Below are positions 1 through 9,911 of a stretch of 64,000 nt of DNA, piece by piece. The stretch spans positions 14,390,427-14,454,426 of the forward strand of contig NC_081392.1 of NCBI RefSeq assembly GCF_030684315.1, in the 5' to 3' direction. Source of the DNA: Stegostoma tigrinum. Taxonomy: Eukaryota. The notes beneath the pieces were generated by a model. That model was not told the origin of the DNA, ran no database searches, and saw nothing but the letters and a program-made list of their open reading frames with translations. A program made the position numbers and the translations under genes. Position 1 is the first letter of the stretch, and every line of letters begins with the position of its first letter.

Positions 1-440
1 ACAGCTATGAACTACACATCTGTTTGCTAGAAGAGCAGTCTGCAGATTGATGTTAAATAGCAACACTAGCTTGTCCCTGAAGCTTATTAATTCAAATTTA
101 GGACTGTAAGAATGAAACCTAATCAAATATCTATAGAATGTGTGACAGAAGAGGAAAAAGAAAGTGTTAAATTTAAATCTGAGACAGATCATACCTTTGC
201 TTAACAAACAAATTAAGAAATATGGGCCAAAGGCAGGTGCATGCAATTAGGCCGTGGATCAACTGTGATCCCAATGAATGGCAGATCAGGCCTAAGGGGC
301 GAAATGGCCTCCTCCTGTTCCTATATTCTTATATAAATGTAATGGATTCAATATTTAAGCACTGATATTGGAGAAAGGATTTGAGAATATGAGGGAAATC
401 ACGGTTAAGGAAAGCTTGCAAAATAGTATTCCAGTTTTGA

Positions 441-1864
441 GATAATAAAATGTGAGGCTGGATGAACACAGCAGGCCAAGCAGCATCTCAGGAGCACAAA
501 AGCTGACGTTTCGGGCCTAGACCCTTCATCAGAGAGGGGGATGGGGAGAGGGAACTGGAATAAATAGGGAGAGGGGGAGGCGGACCGAAGATGGAGAGTA
601 AAGAAGATAGGTAGAGAGAGTGTAGGTGGGAAGGTAGGGAGGGGATAGGTCAGTCCAGGGAAGACGGACAGGTCAAGGAGGTGGGATGAGGTTAGTAGGT
701 AGCTGGGGGTGCGGCTTGGGGTGGGAGGAAGGGATGGGTGAGAGGAAGAACCGGTTAGGGAGGCAGAGACAGGTTGGACTGGTTTTGGGATGCAGTGGGT
801 TGGGGGGGAAGAGCTGGGCTGGTTGTGTGGTGCAGTGGGGGGAGGGGACGAACTGGGCTGGTTTAGGGATGCAGTAGGGGAAGGGGAGATTTTGAAACTG
901 GTGAAGTCCACATTGATACCATATGGCTGCAGGGTTCCCAGGTGGAATATGAGTTGCTGTTCCTGCAACCTTCGGGTGGCATCATTGTGGCAGTGCAGGA
1001 GGCCCATGATGGACATGTCATCTACAGAATGGGAGGGGGAGTGGAAATGGTTTGCGACTGAGAGGTGCAGTTGTTTGTTGCAAACTGAGCGGAGGTGTTC
1101 TGCAAAGCGGTCCCCAAGCCTCCGCTTGGTTTCCCCAATGTCGAGGCTTGGGGACCGCTTTGCAGAACACCTCCGCTCAGTTCGCAACAAACAACTGCAC
1201 CTCCCAGTCGCAAACCATTTCCACTCCCCCTCCCATTCTCTAGATGACATGTCCAAAATGGGCCTCCTGCACTGCCACAATGATGCCACCCAAAGGTTGC
1301 AGGAACAGCAACTCATATTCCGCCTGGGAACCCTGCAGCCATATGGTATCAATGTGGACTTCACCAGTTTCAAAATCTCCCCTTCCCCCACCGCATCCCA
1401 AAACCAGCCCAGTTCGTCCCCTCCCCCCACTGCACCACACAACCAGCCCAGCTCTTCCCCCCCCACCCACTGCATCCCAAAACCAGTCCAACCTGTCTCT
1501 GCCTCCCTAACTGGTTCTTCCTCTCACCCATCCCTTCCTCCCACCCCAAGCCGCACCCCCAGCTACCTACTAACCTCATCCCACCTCCTTGACCTGTCCG
1601 TCTTCCCTGGACTGACCTATCCCCTCCCTACCTCCCCACCTACACTCTCTCCACCTATCTTCTTTACTCTCCATCTTCGGTCCGCCTCCCCCTCTCTCCC
1701 TACTTATTCCAGTTCCCTCTCCCCATCCCCCTCTCTGATGAAGGGTCTAGGCCCGAAACGTCAGCTTTTGTGCTCCTGAGATGCTGCTTGGCCTGCTGTG
1801 TTCACCCAGCCTCACATTTTATTATCTTGGAATTCTCCAGCATCTGCAGTTCCCATTATCTCTG
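441..1864. mobile_element. Penelope-like retroelement, inverted (palindromic) truncated copy with TSD
   Basis: Arms 441-1122 and 1143-1826 are reverse complements. Both encode a GIY-YIG endonuclease C-terminus (RLGDRFAEH...ANHF...LGTLQPYGIN, with IGETKR from the spacer on the - strand). 38-nt unpaired tail; 18-bp TSD atagtattccagttttga at 423-440 and 1865-1882. Confidence 0.92.
1735..1762 (+). ncRNA. Minimal hammerhead ribozyme-like core in the Penelope terminal repeat
   Basis: CTGATGA-a-GGGT(ctag)GCCC-GAAA-CG-TC; mirror copy on the - strand at 505-532; stem I is weak (about 2 bp). Confidence 0.55.
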
Positions 1865-1913
1865 ATAGTATTCCAGTTTTGACTTAGTTAGAACTTCATA
1901 TGATCTAGTATTG

Positions 1914-2238
1914 AGGACAGTGGCTCAGTGGTTAACCTGCTGCCTCACAGCACTCGGGTCACAGATTCAATTCGACCCTCAGGCAACTGTCTGTTTGGAG
2001 TTTGCACATTCTTCCCGTATCTACATGGGTTTCCTCCGGGTGCTGCGGTTTCCTCCCATAATCCAAAGATGTGTGGGTTAGGTTGGGAAATTACTGATAG
2101 TGTCCAGAGATGTGCAGGCCAGGTGGATTAGCCCTGGGTAATGCACAGTTATAGGGAAGGGGAGTGGGATGCTCCTCAGGGTGTCAGTGAGGACTTGATG
2201 TGCCAAATGGCTGCTTCAACACTGTAGGAATTCTATCA
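1914..2238 (+). mobile_element. tRNA-derived V-SINE (shark HE1-like)
   Basis: A box tggctcagtgg, B box gattcaattc, V-domain ggagtttgcacattct...ggtttcctccgggtgct, CR1-like tail ctgtaggaattctat. Other copies at ~12620-12910 (+), ~22590-22715 (-), ~29610-29885 (-) and ~36415-36625 (-). Confidence 0.85.
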
Positions 2239-2329
2239 TGAAGTAATGTGGCATCAAGCCCATCATTTTAAGTCCACCACTACCCATCTTTACATTGGTT
2301 CCACTTGTCTTCATCAGGATGATCATCCT

Positions 2330-2800
2330 AGCAGCTCAGGCCTGGTTTAGCAAGCAGCACCCCCTCGTCTAGATATGTGGCAAGAAAACTCAAGCAGCGC
2401 AACAAAATTCAGATCAAAGCAGTCCCAGGCCAGCACCCACCACATCACACCTTCAACATCCACTCCATCCAACACTGAAGCTCAGTAGCAGCAGTGTACC
2501 GTCGACAAGATGCACAACAGCACCTTCCAAATCCGTGATCTCTACCATTTAGAAAGACAAGGGGCAGTAGAAATATGGAAACATTACTGCCCTGCAGGTT
2601 CCCCTCCAAACCACATACTTGGAAATATGTCAGCATTCCTTTGGTGTTGCTGGATCAAAGTCTTTGAATTTCCTCCCCAATAACATTGAGGTTACCTACA
2701 CAACACGAATTGCACTGCGATCTTCTCAAGGGGCAGCTAGAATGGACAATAAATAATGAGACAACCGGCAATGCCCACATTACATTAATGAATTAAAAGA
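2330..2800 (+). mobile_element. L2-like LINE 3' fragment (a related copy at ~40030-40455)
   Basis: caacatccactcc.tcca...cagtagcagcagtgt...caaga shared by both loci; ends in the tail also carried by the 6990-type SINE. Confidence 0.55.
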
Positions 2801-2979
2801 AGAAAATCTTAGTGTAAGTTATTTTCTGGGATATCAATATCGCAATTTATACTTTATCTCTGTTTCCCTCCGTTCCTGTGAATTAATAAAAAATAATGTG
2901 GATATTAGTTTGTGATGCTGGTACGACTGAAACCGAAACAAAATAAATGATTGAAAACAGCTCCAAATGTATGTAATAG

Positions 2980-3175
2980 ACATTCCGCGGAACTGATAGT
3001 GGAGCTGAACTGCCGGAGAAGGTCTTTTCCTGGAGTACCTGGAGCGGGGCGGAAGTGGCCGGGAGGGAGCACATGGTAGCGGACAGTGCGGGGCAGAAGT
3101 TGTGTGCGCGGTCAGGCACAAGGTGGGGGGCGGAGAGGGAAAAGATGGCGGAGAGTGGGTAGAGCTTTACACCAG
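2980..3175 (+). promoter_or_regulatory. CLASRP: CpG-rich promoter and putative non-coding exon 1 of CLASRP
   Basis: GC box GGGGCGG (3046-3052), ETS site CGGAAGTG (3050-3057), YY1 motif AAGATGGCGG (3142-3151) and donor CAG|GTAAAC at 3175/3176. Exon 2 has an acceptor at 9770 upstream of its ATG, so an upstream exon is required. The TSS cannot be located. Confidence 0.7.
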
Positions 3176-3469
3176 GTAAACGCTGGGTGTGGTGGAGGGG
3201 GTCAGAAAGGGAAACTGGAAGGAAAGACACCTCACTTACAAAGGTGAGAGGAACTCGGAAAGTAAGGTCTGAGGCTGCCGGGGAATTGCGAAAGGATCGG
3301 TTGTGTCGGAGAAAAGTGTACGGGGGAGGGGCGCTGCTGAAGGCGGGGTGAGAAAAGAATAGGATGGGGGTGTAAATTAAGGGGGCGAACAGAGTTTAGG
3401 GGAGTAAACTGGGAGGGTGTGACGGGGCTAGGGCTGTAAATGGGGAAGGCGGGTGTTAGGAGTATGCAT

Positions 3470-5720
3470 TGGGGGAGCGGGGGTCGGGGGTACGCACTGA
3501 GGGGGGAGGGGGGGAGCGGGGGTACGCACTGAGGGGGGAGGGGGGGAGCGGGGGTACGCACTGAGGGGGGAGGGGGGGAGCGGGGGTACGCACTGAGGGG
3601 GGAGCGGGGGTACGCACTGAGGGGGGAGCGGGGGTACGCACTGAGGGGGGAGGGGGGAGCGGGGGTACACACTGAGGGGGGAGGGGGGGAGCGGGGGTAC
3701 GCACTGAGGGGGGAGGGGGGGAGCGGGGGTACGCACTGAGGGGGGAGGGGGGAGCGGGGGTACGCACTGAGGGGGGAGCGGGGGTACGCACTGAGGGGGG
3801 AGGGGGGGAGCGGGGGTACGCACTGAGGGGGGAGCGGGGGTACGCACTGAGTCGGGGGTCGGGGGTACGCACTGAGGGGGGAGCGGGGGTCGGGGGTACG
3901 CACTGAGGGGGGGAGCGGGGGTACGCACTGAGGGGGGAGGGGGGGAGCGGGGGTACGCACTGAGGGGGAGGGGGGGGAGCGGGGGTACGCACTGAGGGGG
4001 GGAGCGGGGGTACGCACTGAGGGGGGGAGCGGGGGTACGCACTGAGGGGGGAGCGGGGGTACGCACTGAGGGGGAGGGGGGGAACGGGGGTACGCACTGA
4101 GGGGGGAGCGGGGGTACGCACTGAGGGGGGGAGCGGGGGTACGCACTGAGGGGGGAGCGGGGGTACGCACTGAGGGGGGGAGCGGGGGTACGCACTGAGG
4201 GGGGAGCGGGGGTACGCACTGAGGGGGGAGCGGGGGTACGCACTGAGGGGGGAGGGGGGGAGCGGGGGTACGCACTGAGGGGGGAGGGGGGAGCGGGGGT
4301 ACGCACTGAAGGGGGAGGGGGGGAGCGGGGGTACGCACTGAGGGGGGAGCGGGGGTACGCACTGAGTCGGGGGTCGGGGGTACGCACTGAGGGGGGAGCG
4401 GGGGTCGGGGGTACGCACTGAGGGGGGGAGCGGGGGTACGCACTGAGGGGGGAGGGGGGGAGCGGGGGTACGCACTGAGGGGGAGGGGGGGGAGCGGGGG
4501 TACGCACTGAGGGGGGGAGCGGGGGTACGCACTGAGGGGGGGAGCGGGGGTACGCACTGAGGGGGGAGCGGGGGTACGCACTGAGGGGGAGGGGGGGAAC
4601 GGGGGTACGCACTGAGGGGGGAGCGGGGGAGCGGGGGTACGCACTGAGGGGGGGAGCGGGGGTACGCACTGAGGGGGGAGCGGGGGTACGCACTGAGGGG
4701 GGAGCGGGGGTACGCACTGAGGGGGGAGGGGGGGAGCGGGGGTACGCACTGAGGGGGGAGGGGGGGAGCGGGGGTACGCACTGAGGGGGGAGGGGGGAGC
4801 GGGGGTACGCACTGAAGGGGGAGGGGGGGAGCGGGGGTACGCACTGAGTCGGGGGTCGGGTGTACGCACTGAGGGGGGAGCGGGGGTCGGGGGTACGCAC
4901 TGAGTCGGGGGTCGGGGGTACGCACTGAGGGGGGAGCGGGGGTCGGGGGTACGCACTGAGTCGGGGGTCGGGGGTACGCACTGAGGGGGGAGCGGGGGTC
5001 GGGGGTACGCACTGAGGGGGGAGCGGGGGTACGCACTGAGGGGGGAGGGGGGGAGCGGGGGTACGCACTGAGGGGGGAGGGGGGGGAGCGGGGGTACGCA
5101 CTGAGGGGGGAGCGGGGGTACGCACTGAGGGGGGGAGCGGGGGTACGCACTGAGGGGGGAGGGGGGAGCGGGGGTACGCACTGAGGGGGGGGGGAGCGGG
5201 GGTACGCACTGAGGCGGGAGGGGGGGAGCGGGGGTACGCACTGAGGGGGGAGGGGGGGGAGCGGGGGTACGCACTGAGGGGGGGGGGAGCGGGGGTACGC
5301 ACTGAGGGGGGAGGGGGGGGAGCGGGGGTACGCACTGAGGGGGGAGGGGGGGAGCGGGGGTACGCACTGAGGGGGGAGGGGGGGGAGCGGGGGAACGCAC
5401 TGAGTTGGGGGGAGCGGGGGTACGCACTGAGGGGGGAGGGGGGGTCGGGGGTACGCACTGAGGGGGGAGCGGGGGTACGCACTGAGCGGGGAGTTGGGCT
5501 CGGGTACGCACTGAGGGGGGGAGCAGGCGTCGGTGGTATGCACTGAGTGAGGGAGCGGGGGTCGGGGGTACGCACTGAGGGGGGAGTTGGGCTCGGGTAC
5601 GCACTGAGGGGGGGAGCGGGGGTTGGGGGTCGGTGGTACGCACTGAGTGAGGGAGCGGGGGTCGGGGGTACGCACTGAGGAGGGGGGGAGCGGGGGTCTG
5701 GGGTATGCACTGAGGCGGGA
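3470..5720 (+). repeat. G-rich minisatellite, unit GGGGGTACGCACTGAGGGGGG(AGGGGGG)AGC, about 24-33 bp
   Basis: Core TACGCACTGA repeated roughly 75-80 times with variable G runs. Confidence 0.97.
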
Positions 5721-6989
5721 AGCGGGGGCCGGGGGTATGAATTAGGAGGGGAAGGAGGGTTGGGGGTGATTAGGGGTGTAAATTGGGTGGGTCAGGGGAA
5801 GGAGTGTATAAATTGGGAGGGTTGAGCCTAAATTTGGATGTGGTGCTTAAGTTGGGAGGAGGGAGTATATGAGGGAGCAACGGGTGCAGATGAAGGTCAG
5901 AATGGGAAAGGATGGAGGATGAGATATGTGGGGGGTAACAAGTTGAAGATGAATGAGGAGGTGGAGGGTATGAGGTTGCTGGGTAGTGATGGGTAAGTGG
6001 AGAGGTGTTATGAGTGATGTGTGGAAAGAGTAGGGGAGGGAAAGATGAGGGAGGAGATCAAGGCGAATGTTGAAGTGAGTTGAAGGTGAACGGGAGGGGT
6101 GAGGGGTTACGGAAGGAGTGTTGAAAGTGAGAGGGTTGGGATGAGATGAGGGGGGCAAGAGGTAGGGGGAGGGGGTCAGGAGGAATGTAGTTGAGGGTAG
6201 GAAGAGTGGGTGGAGAGATGTAGGGAGATGGCAGGAGTGGGGACAGGTGCAAGGGAGGCAAAGTAGAATTAGAGGTGGGAGGGCAATGGATGGATCACCT
6301 GATCCAGGGAATTGTCTCTAATACCTTGAAGCAATGTAATTTAAGTGATATGTGGCAGGGTGCATTTTGTAAAACCAATTGGTAAAAAAATGACAAAAAT
6401 GTCTGAGCGTCAACTGCAGAGCGGGAGAGAATCAAAGTTAAAATTTCAGACTGGTATTGAAAGACCTCTGTTGACCCCTCTGTGTAAGATCCCAGAGGAG
6501 TGAGTTTTTATTCCCACTTAACAAATGACACATCCATTCTGTCTCTCTCCAGGTTGAACGCCACTACTCTACCTGTCTTTTCACCTTCAGCAGAGCTGCT
6601 CTGTGCCTCTTGTACAAGTGAAGTGAGCGAGTAATGTTTTTTCAAGGGCACACAAACGTTTAAGGGATTGAGACAGTATGTATTCCGTTTTTTGTCATAG
6701 TGTCTTCGGCTTAAATTCCACTGAATTGGTATATTTCCATAAATTCGTCCATCCCCACCTTCCACGAAAACTAGGAGCAAGTGGAGGTGATTCAACTTGT
6801 ACTTGCTTCGCCATTTGATACGGTCATGACTGATCTCTTGTCAGCCTCAACTCCACTTCCTCGCCTGCTCTCCATAACGCTTCAACCCATTGTTTTTAAA
6901 CATTTATCTTATCACCTCCTTAAATTTATTCAATATGCCAGCGTCCATTGAACTCGAGTAGTGAACTCCACAGATTCTCAACCCTTTGG

Positions 6990-7316
6990 GGTGGTGATGG
7001 CTTAGTGATATTATTGCTGGACTGTTAATCCAGAGACCCAGGTGATGTTCTGGGACCTGGCTCCAAAACCTGCCACAGCAATGTTAGAATTTGAATTCAA
7101 TAAATTCATGGAATTAACAATCTAATGATGACCCTGAAACCATTGCTGATTGTTGGAAAAACCCGTCTAGTTCACTCATGTCCTTTAGGGAAGGAATTTG
7201 CCATCTGGCCTGGACTACATATGACTCCAAACCCATGACAAAATGATTGATTGTCAGCTGCCTTCTCGGATGAGCAATAAAAGCCAGCAATGTTCTCATC
7301 CTGTGAATGAATAAAG
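6990..7316 (+). mobile_element. tRNA-derived SINE with L2-like tail, splitting a minus-strand CR1 (about 6770-7725)
   Basis: Same family at ~8250-8540, 20165-20530 and 26305-26615 (+), and at 23770-24090 and 51000-51325 (-). Confidence 0.75.
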
Positions 7317-9130
7317 ATAATTTCTTCTCATCTCTGTTTTAAATGTGCTAGCCCTCATTCTAAAATTATGACCTATCGTTCTAGATTGCCCAACGAAGAA
7401 ATGTTCTTTCTGCAATTACTCTGTCGGTCCCCTCAGTTAGATCTCCCCTCATTCTTCTAAACTCCAGAAATATAGGCCTAAACTGCTCAAACTGTCTTCA
7501 TAAGATAAGCACGTCATCTCTGGAATCAGTCTAGTGAACATCCTCTTAACTATCTCCATGACAATTATCCCTCAAGGGTAACAAACCTCTATGCAGTCTC
7601 ACTAAGGTCTTGTACATTTGCAGCAATACTTCCATACTTTTATACTCTCTTCATTTAACAATAAATGCCATAATTCCATACACCTTCCTTAATACTTGCT
7701 GTACTAGCATACTACTTTTCTGCTCAAAATACTGAAATTGATGTCATAAAGAAACTTCCGAGGTGTCTCATGGTTTTGATTCAGCAATAACAATAGAACA
7801 GTATTAAGTATTCAAGGTGTCATGTGTCAAGGAAGGGACCTGAAAGCTATGATGTGCCCTTGCTCCTTAAAACCCAAACCCTGATAGAGTGTCCATTTTC
7901 TTTGTCCCTCATCAAAATGCCTTGGGATGTTGTTCAAAGCTAAAGATGCTGTGTCCTCATCTTTGGAGATTCTCAAGCTGCTCTCTGCATGTTTCATTTT
8001 ACCTGTTTGGGATTCACTGTACTCAAATTTGACCCCTGTGAGAACCACATACACTCACTGGCATCTGTTGAGTTAGTTTACTGCCCTTGACTCTTATCCA
8101 TACCACCTGTCAACATCACTTTTTTTTGCATCTGAATCAAGATTACAACACTAAGTGCATTTGAAAATGCACTACTATCCAGGCTTTGGTCCTCTATTGG
8201 CGATCATTTATCTATAGTTAACAGTCTGTTTTTGAGATTTTGATGTTTCTGGAGTTATAATCCAGAGGCCCTGGCTATAGATTCACATCCAGCACAGAAG
8301 CAGGCAGATTTTAAATTCAATCAATGATAAACCTTGAATTACATGCTAGCCTCAGTAACAGTGACTGTGAAACTTAAAAACCCATCTGGTTCATTGTTCT
8401 TTAGTGTAATGTAATCTGCCATCCTTACTCATTCTGGCCTACACTTGACTTCGGATCCAAAGTGGTGTGTTTGACTCTTATCTGTCTGTTCCACTCAGTT
8501 CAAGGGATATTAGGAATGGCCAATAAATCCTGCCCTTTTAAATGTATAAGCAATTGGAACAAGGAAGAGAAAATGTTGCAATCACTTTTACAGAGAGAGA
8601 AGCTTGTAAAGCTTCAAGTTTGAGGAATTATTACCTTTGCCCATGTCCTATGAGAGGATGGAATCAGAGATAAATATGGGTGTCGGCTGTGTGTGCAATT
8701 CTCTTTGTCCCGTGAGCTTCAGTGTCAGGATTCAGCCTGCATTCATTATCCCCAGAATTGGAATGACATTGAAGAACTGGCTTCACTTGGTGGCCAGCAT
8801 ATTCTCTGAGTCACTGAGCAATTTCTCAGGAGATTGCCAGCGCATATATCGATGATCTTCCATGTATTAAATGACATACATCTATACACTCTTCCAGTGT
8901 TAGTGTTTTGAAGCTAATCAGGAATCAAACTTGTTTTTTATGGCTCTGTACCCCACTTGCAGATCAGTTTCCTGTCATGCTGTGAAGGAAAGTGTGGTCA
9001 TATCTTTTCCTTGGTGTTGAACCTGAATGCTAATTCTTTGGACTTTGAAACGTGAGGACAAATCCGATGCATGTTCTTTTTAGGCACATGCCAGAAGCCA
9101 ACCTGTGTAAACAACAAAAGGAAAAATCAG

Positions 9131-9260
9131 GCAGCATCTGGAGGAAAGGACACGACACTGTTGACTTCTCCTTTCCTCCAGATGCTGCCTGGCTTGCGTG
9201 TTCTTCCTGCCTCCTTTTTGTGTACCTATGATTCCAGCATCTGCAGTTTTTTTTGTCTCT
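9131..9260 (+). mobile_element. Miniature hairpin Penelope-derived element
   Basis: IR caggcagcatctggaggaaagga / tcctttcctccagatgctgcctg, tail ccagcatctgcag, 15-bp TSD aaaaggaaaaatcag (9116-9130, 9261-9275). Confidence 0.75.
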
Positions 9261-9812
9261 AAAAGGAAAAATCAGTCTGCTACCTACACTGTAGTCTTGC
9301 ACCAATTTTCACACATCCTACATTGACCCCGATCCAGCAGTATCTTGATTTTAATATTTCAGTCCTTGTTTTCAAACCTCTCCATGGATTTGACCCTTCC
9401 AATCTCTGAAGCCCTCCACAATTTCTGTATTCCTCCAATTCTGGCCTCTTGAATATCTCCAATTTTAATTGGTAGCTGTGCCTTCAGCTGTCTGGTCCCT
9501 CAGTTTCAAAATTCCACTTCCCCCATTAATCCTCTCTGTCTTTCTAATGCTCTCTTTTAAAGCATTCCTTATAAGCTTCCTCTTTGGCCAAGATTTTGGC
9601 CTAATCTGCCTCTCTGTCTCTCATTATCCTGTAGTTTGGCGTCACATTACATTTTGGGGATGTCTGTGAAATGTCTTGGATTGCTTTGCTGCATTCTAGG
9701 TTCTAATTAAATGTGGCGTGTTGTTGAAAGCTGGCCGGTTCAATTGGAATCACTTTCTGTTTCTCTTCAGACTTGCTATTTTGTGTAACTTGTGTCAAGT
9801 TAAGAATCCAGG

Positions 9813-9911
9813 ATGTGGCACGAGGCTCGGAAACACGAGCGGAAACTGCGCGGGATGATGGTGGATTACAAGAAACGGGCTGAGCGACGCAGGGAGTACT
9901 ACGAGAAGATA
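9813..9911 (+). CDS. CLASRP: CLASRP exon 2, coding part (exon starts 9771)
   Basis: ttctcttcag acceptor; MWHEAR...YYEKI; donor gtgagt; phase 0. Confidence 0.96.

Noticed and set aside
405-1779. Two near-identical 356/329-aa ORFs on opposite strands as a gene pair
   Set aside because: A consequence of the palindrome. Only a truncated GIY-YIG tail is real, and there is no RT.
1914-1985. Possible tRNA gene
   Set aside because: A/B boxes run directly into SINE body sequence, with no intact cloverleaf or terminator.
3232-5710. Three 739-803 aa proline-rich ORFs on the - strand
   Set aside because: All three frames are open only because the C-rich strand of the minisatellite lacks stop codons. 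Not a gene.
3470-5720. CRISPR-like repeat/spacer appearance
   Set aside because: Intervening sequences are G runs rather than unique spacers, the context is eukaryotic, and there are no cas genes.
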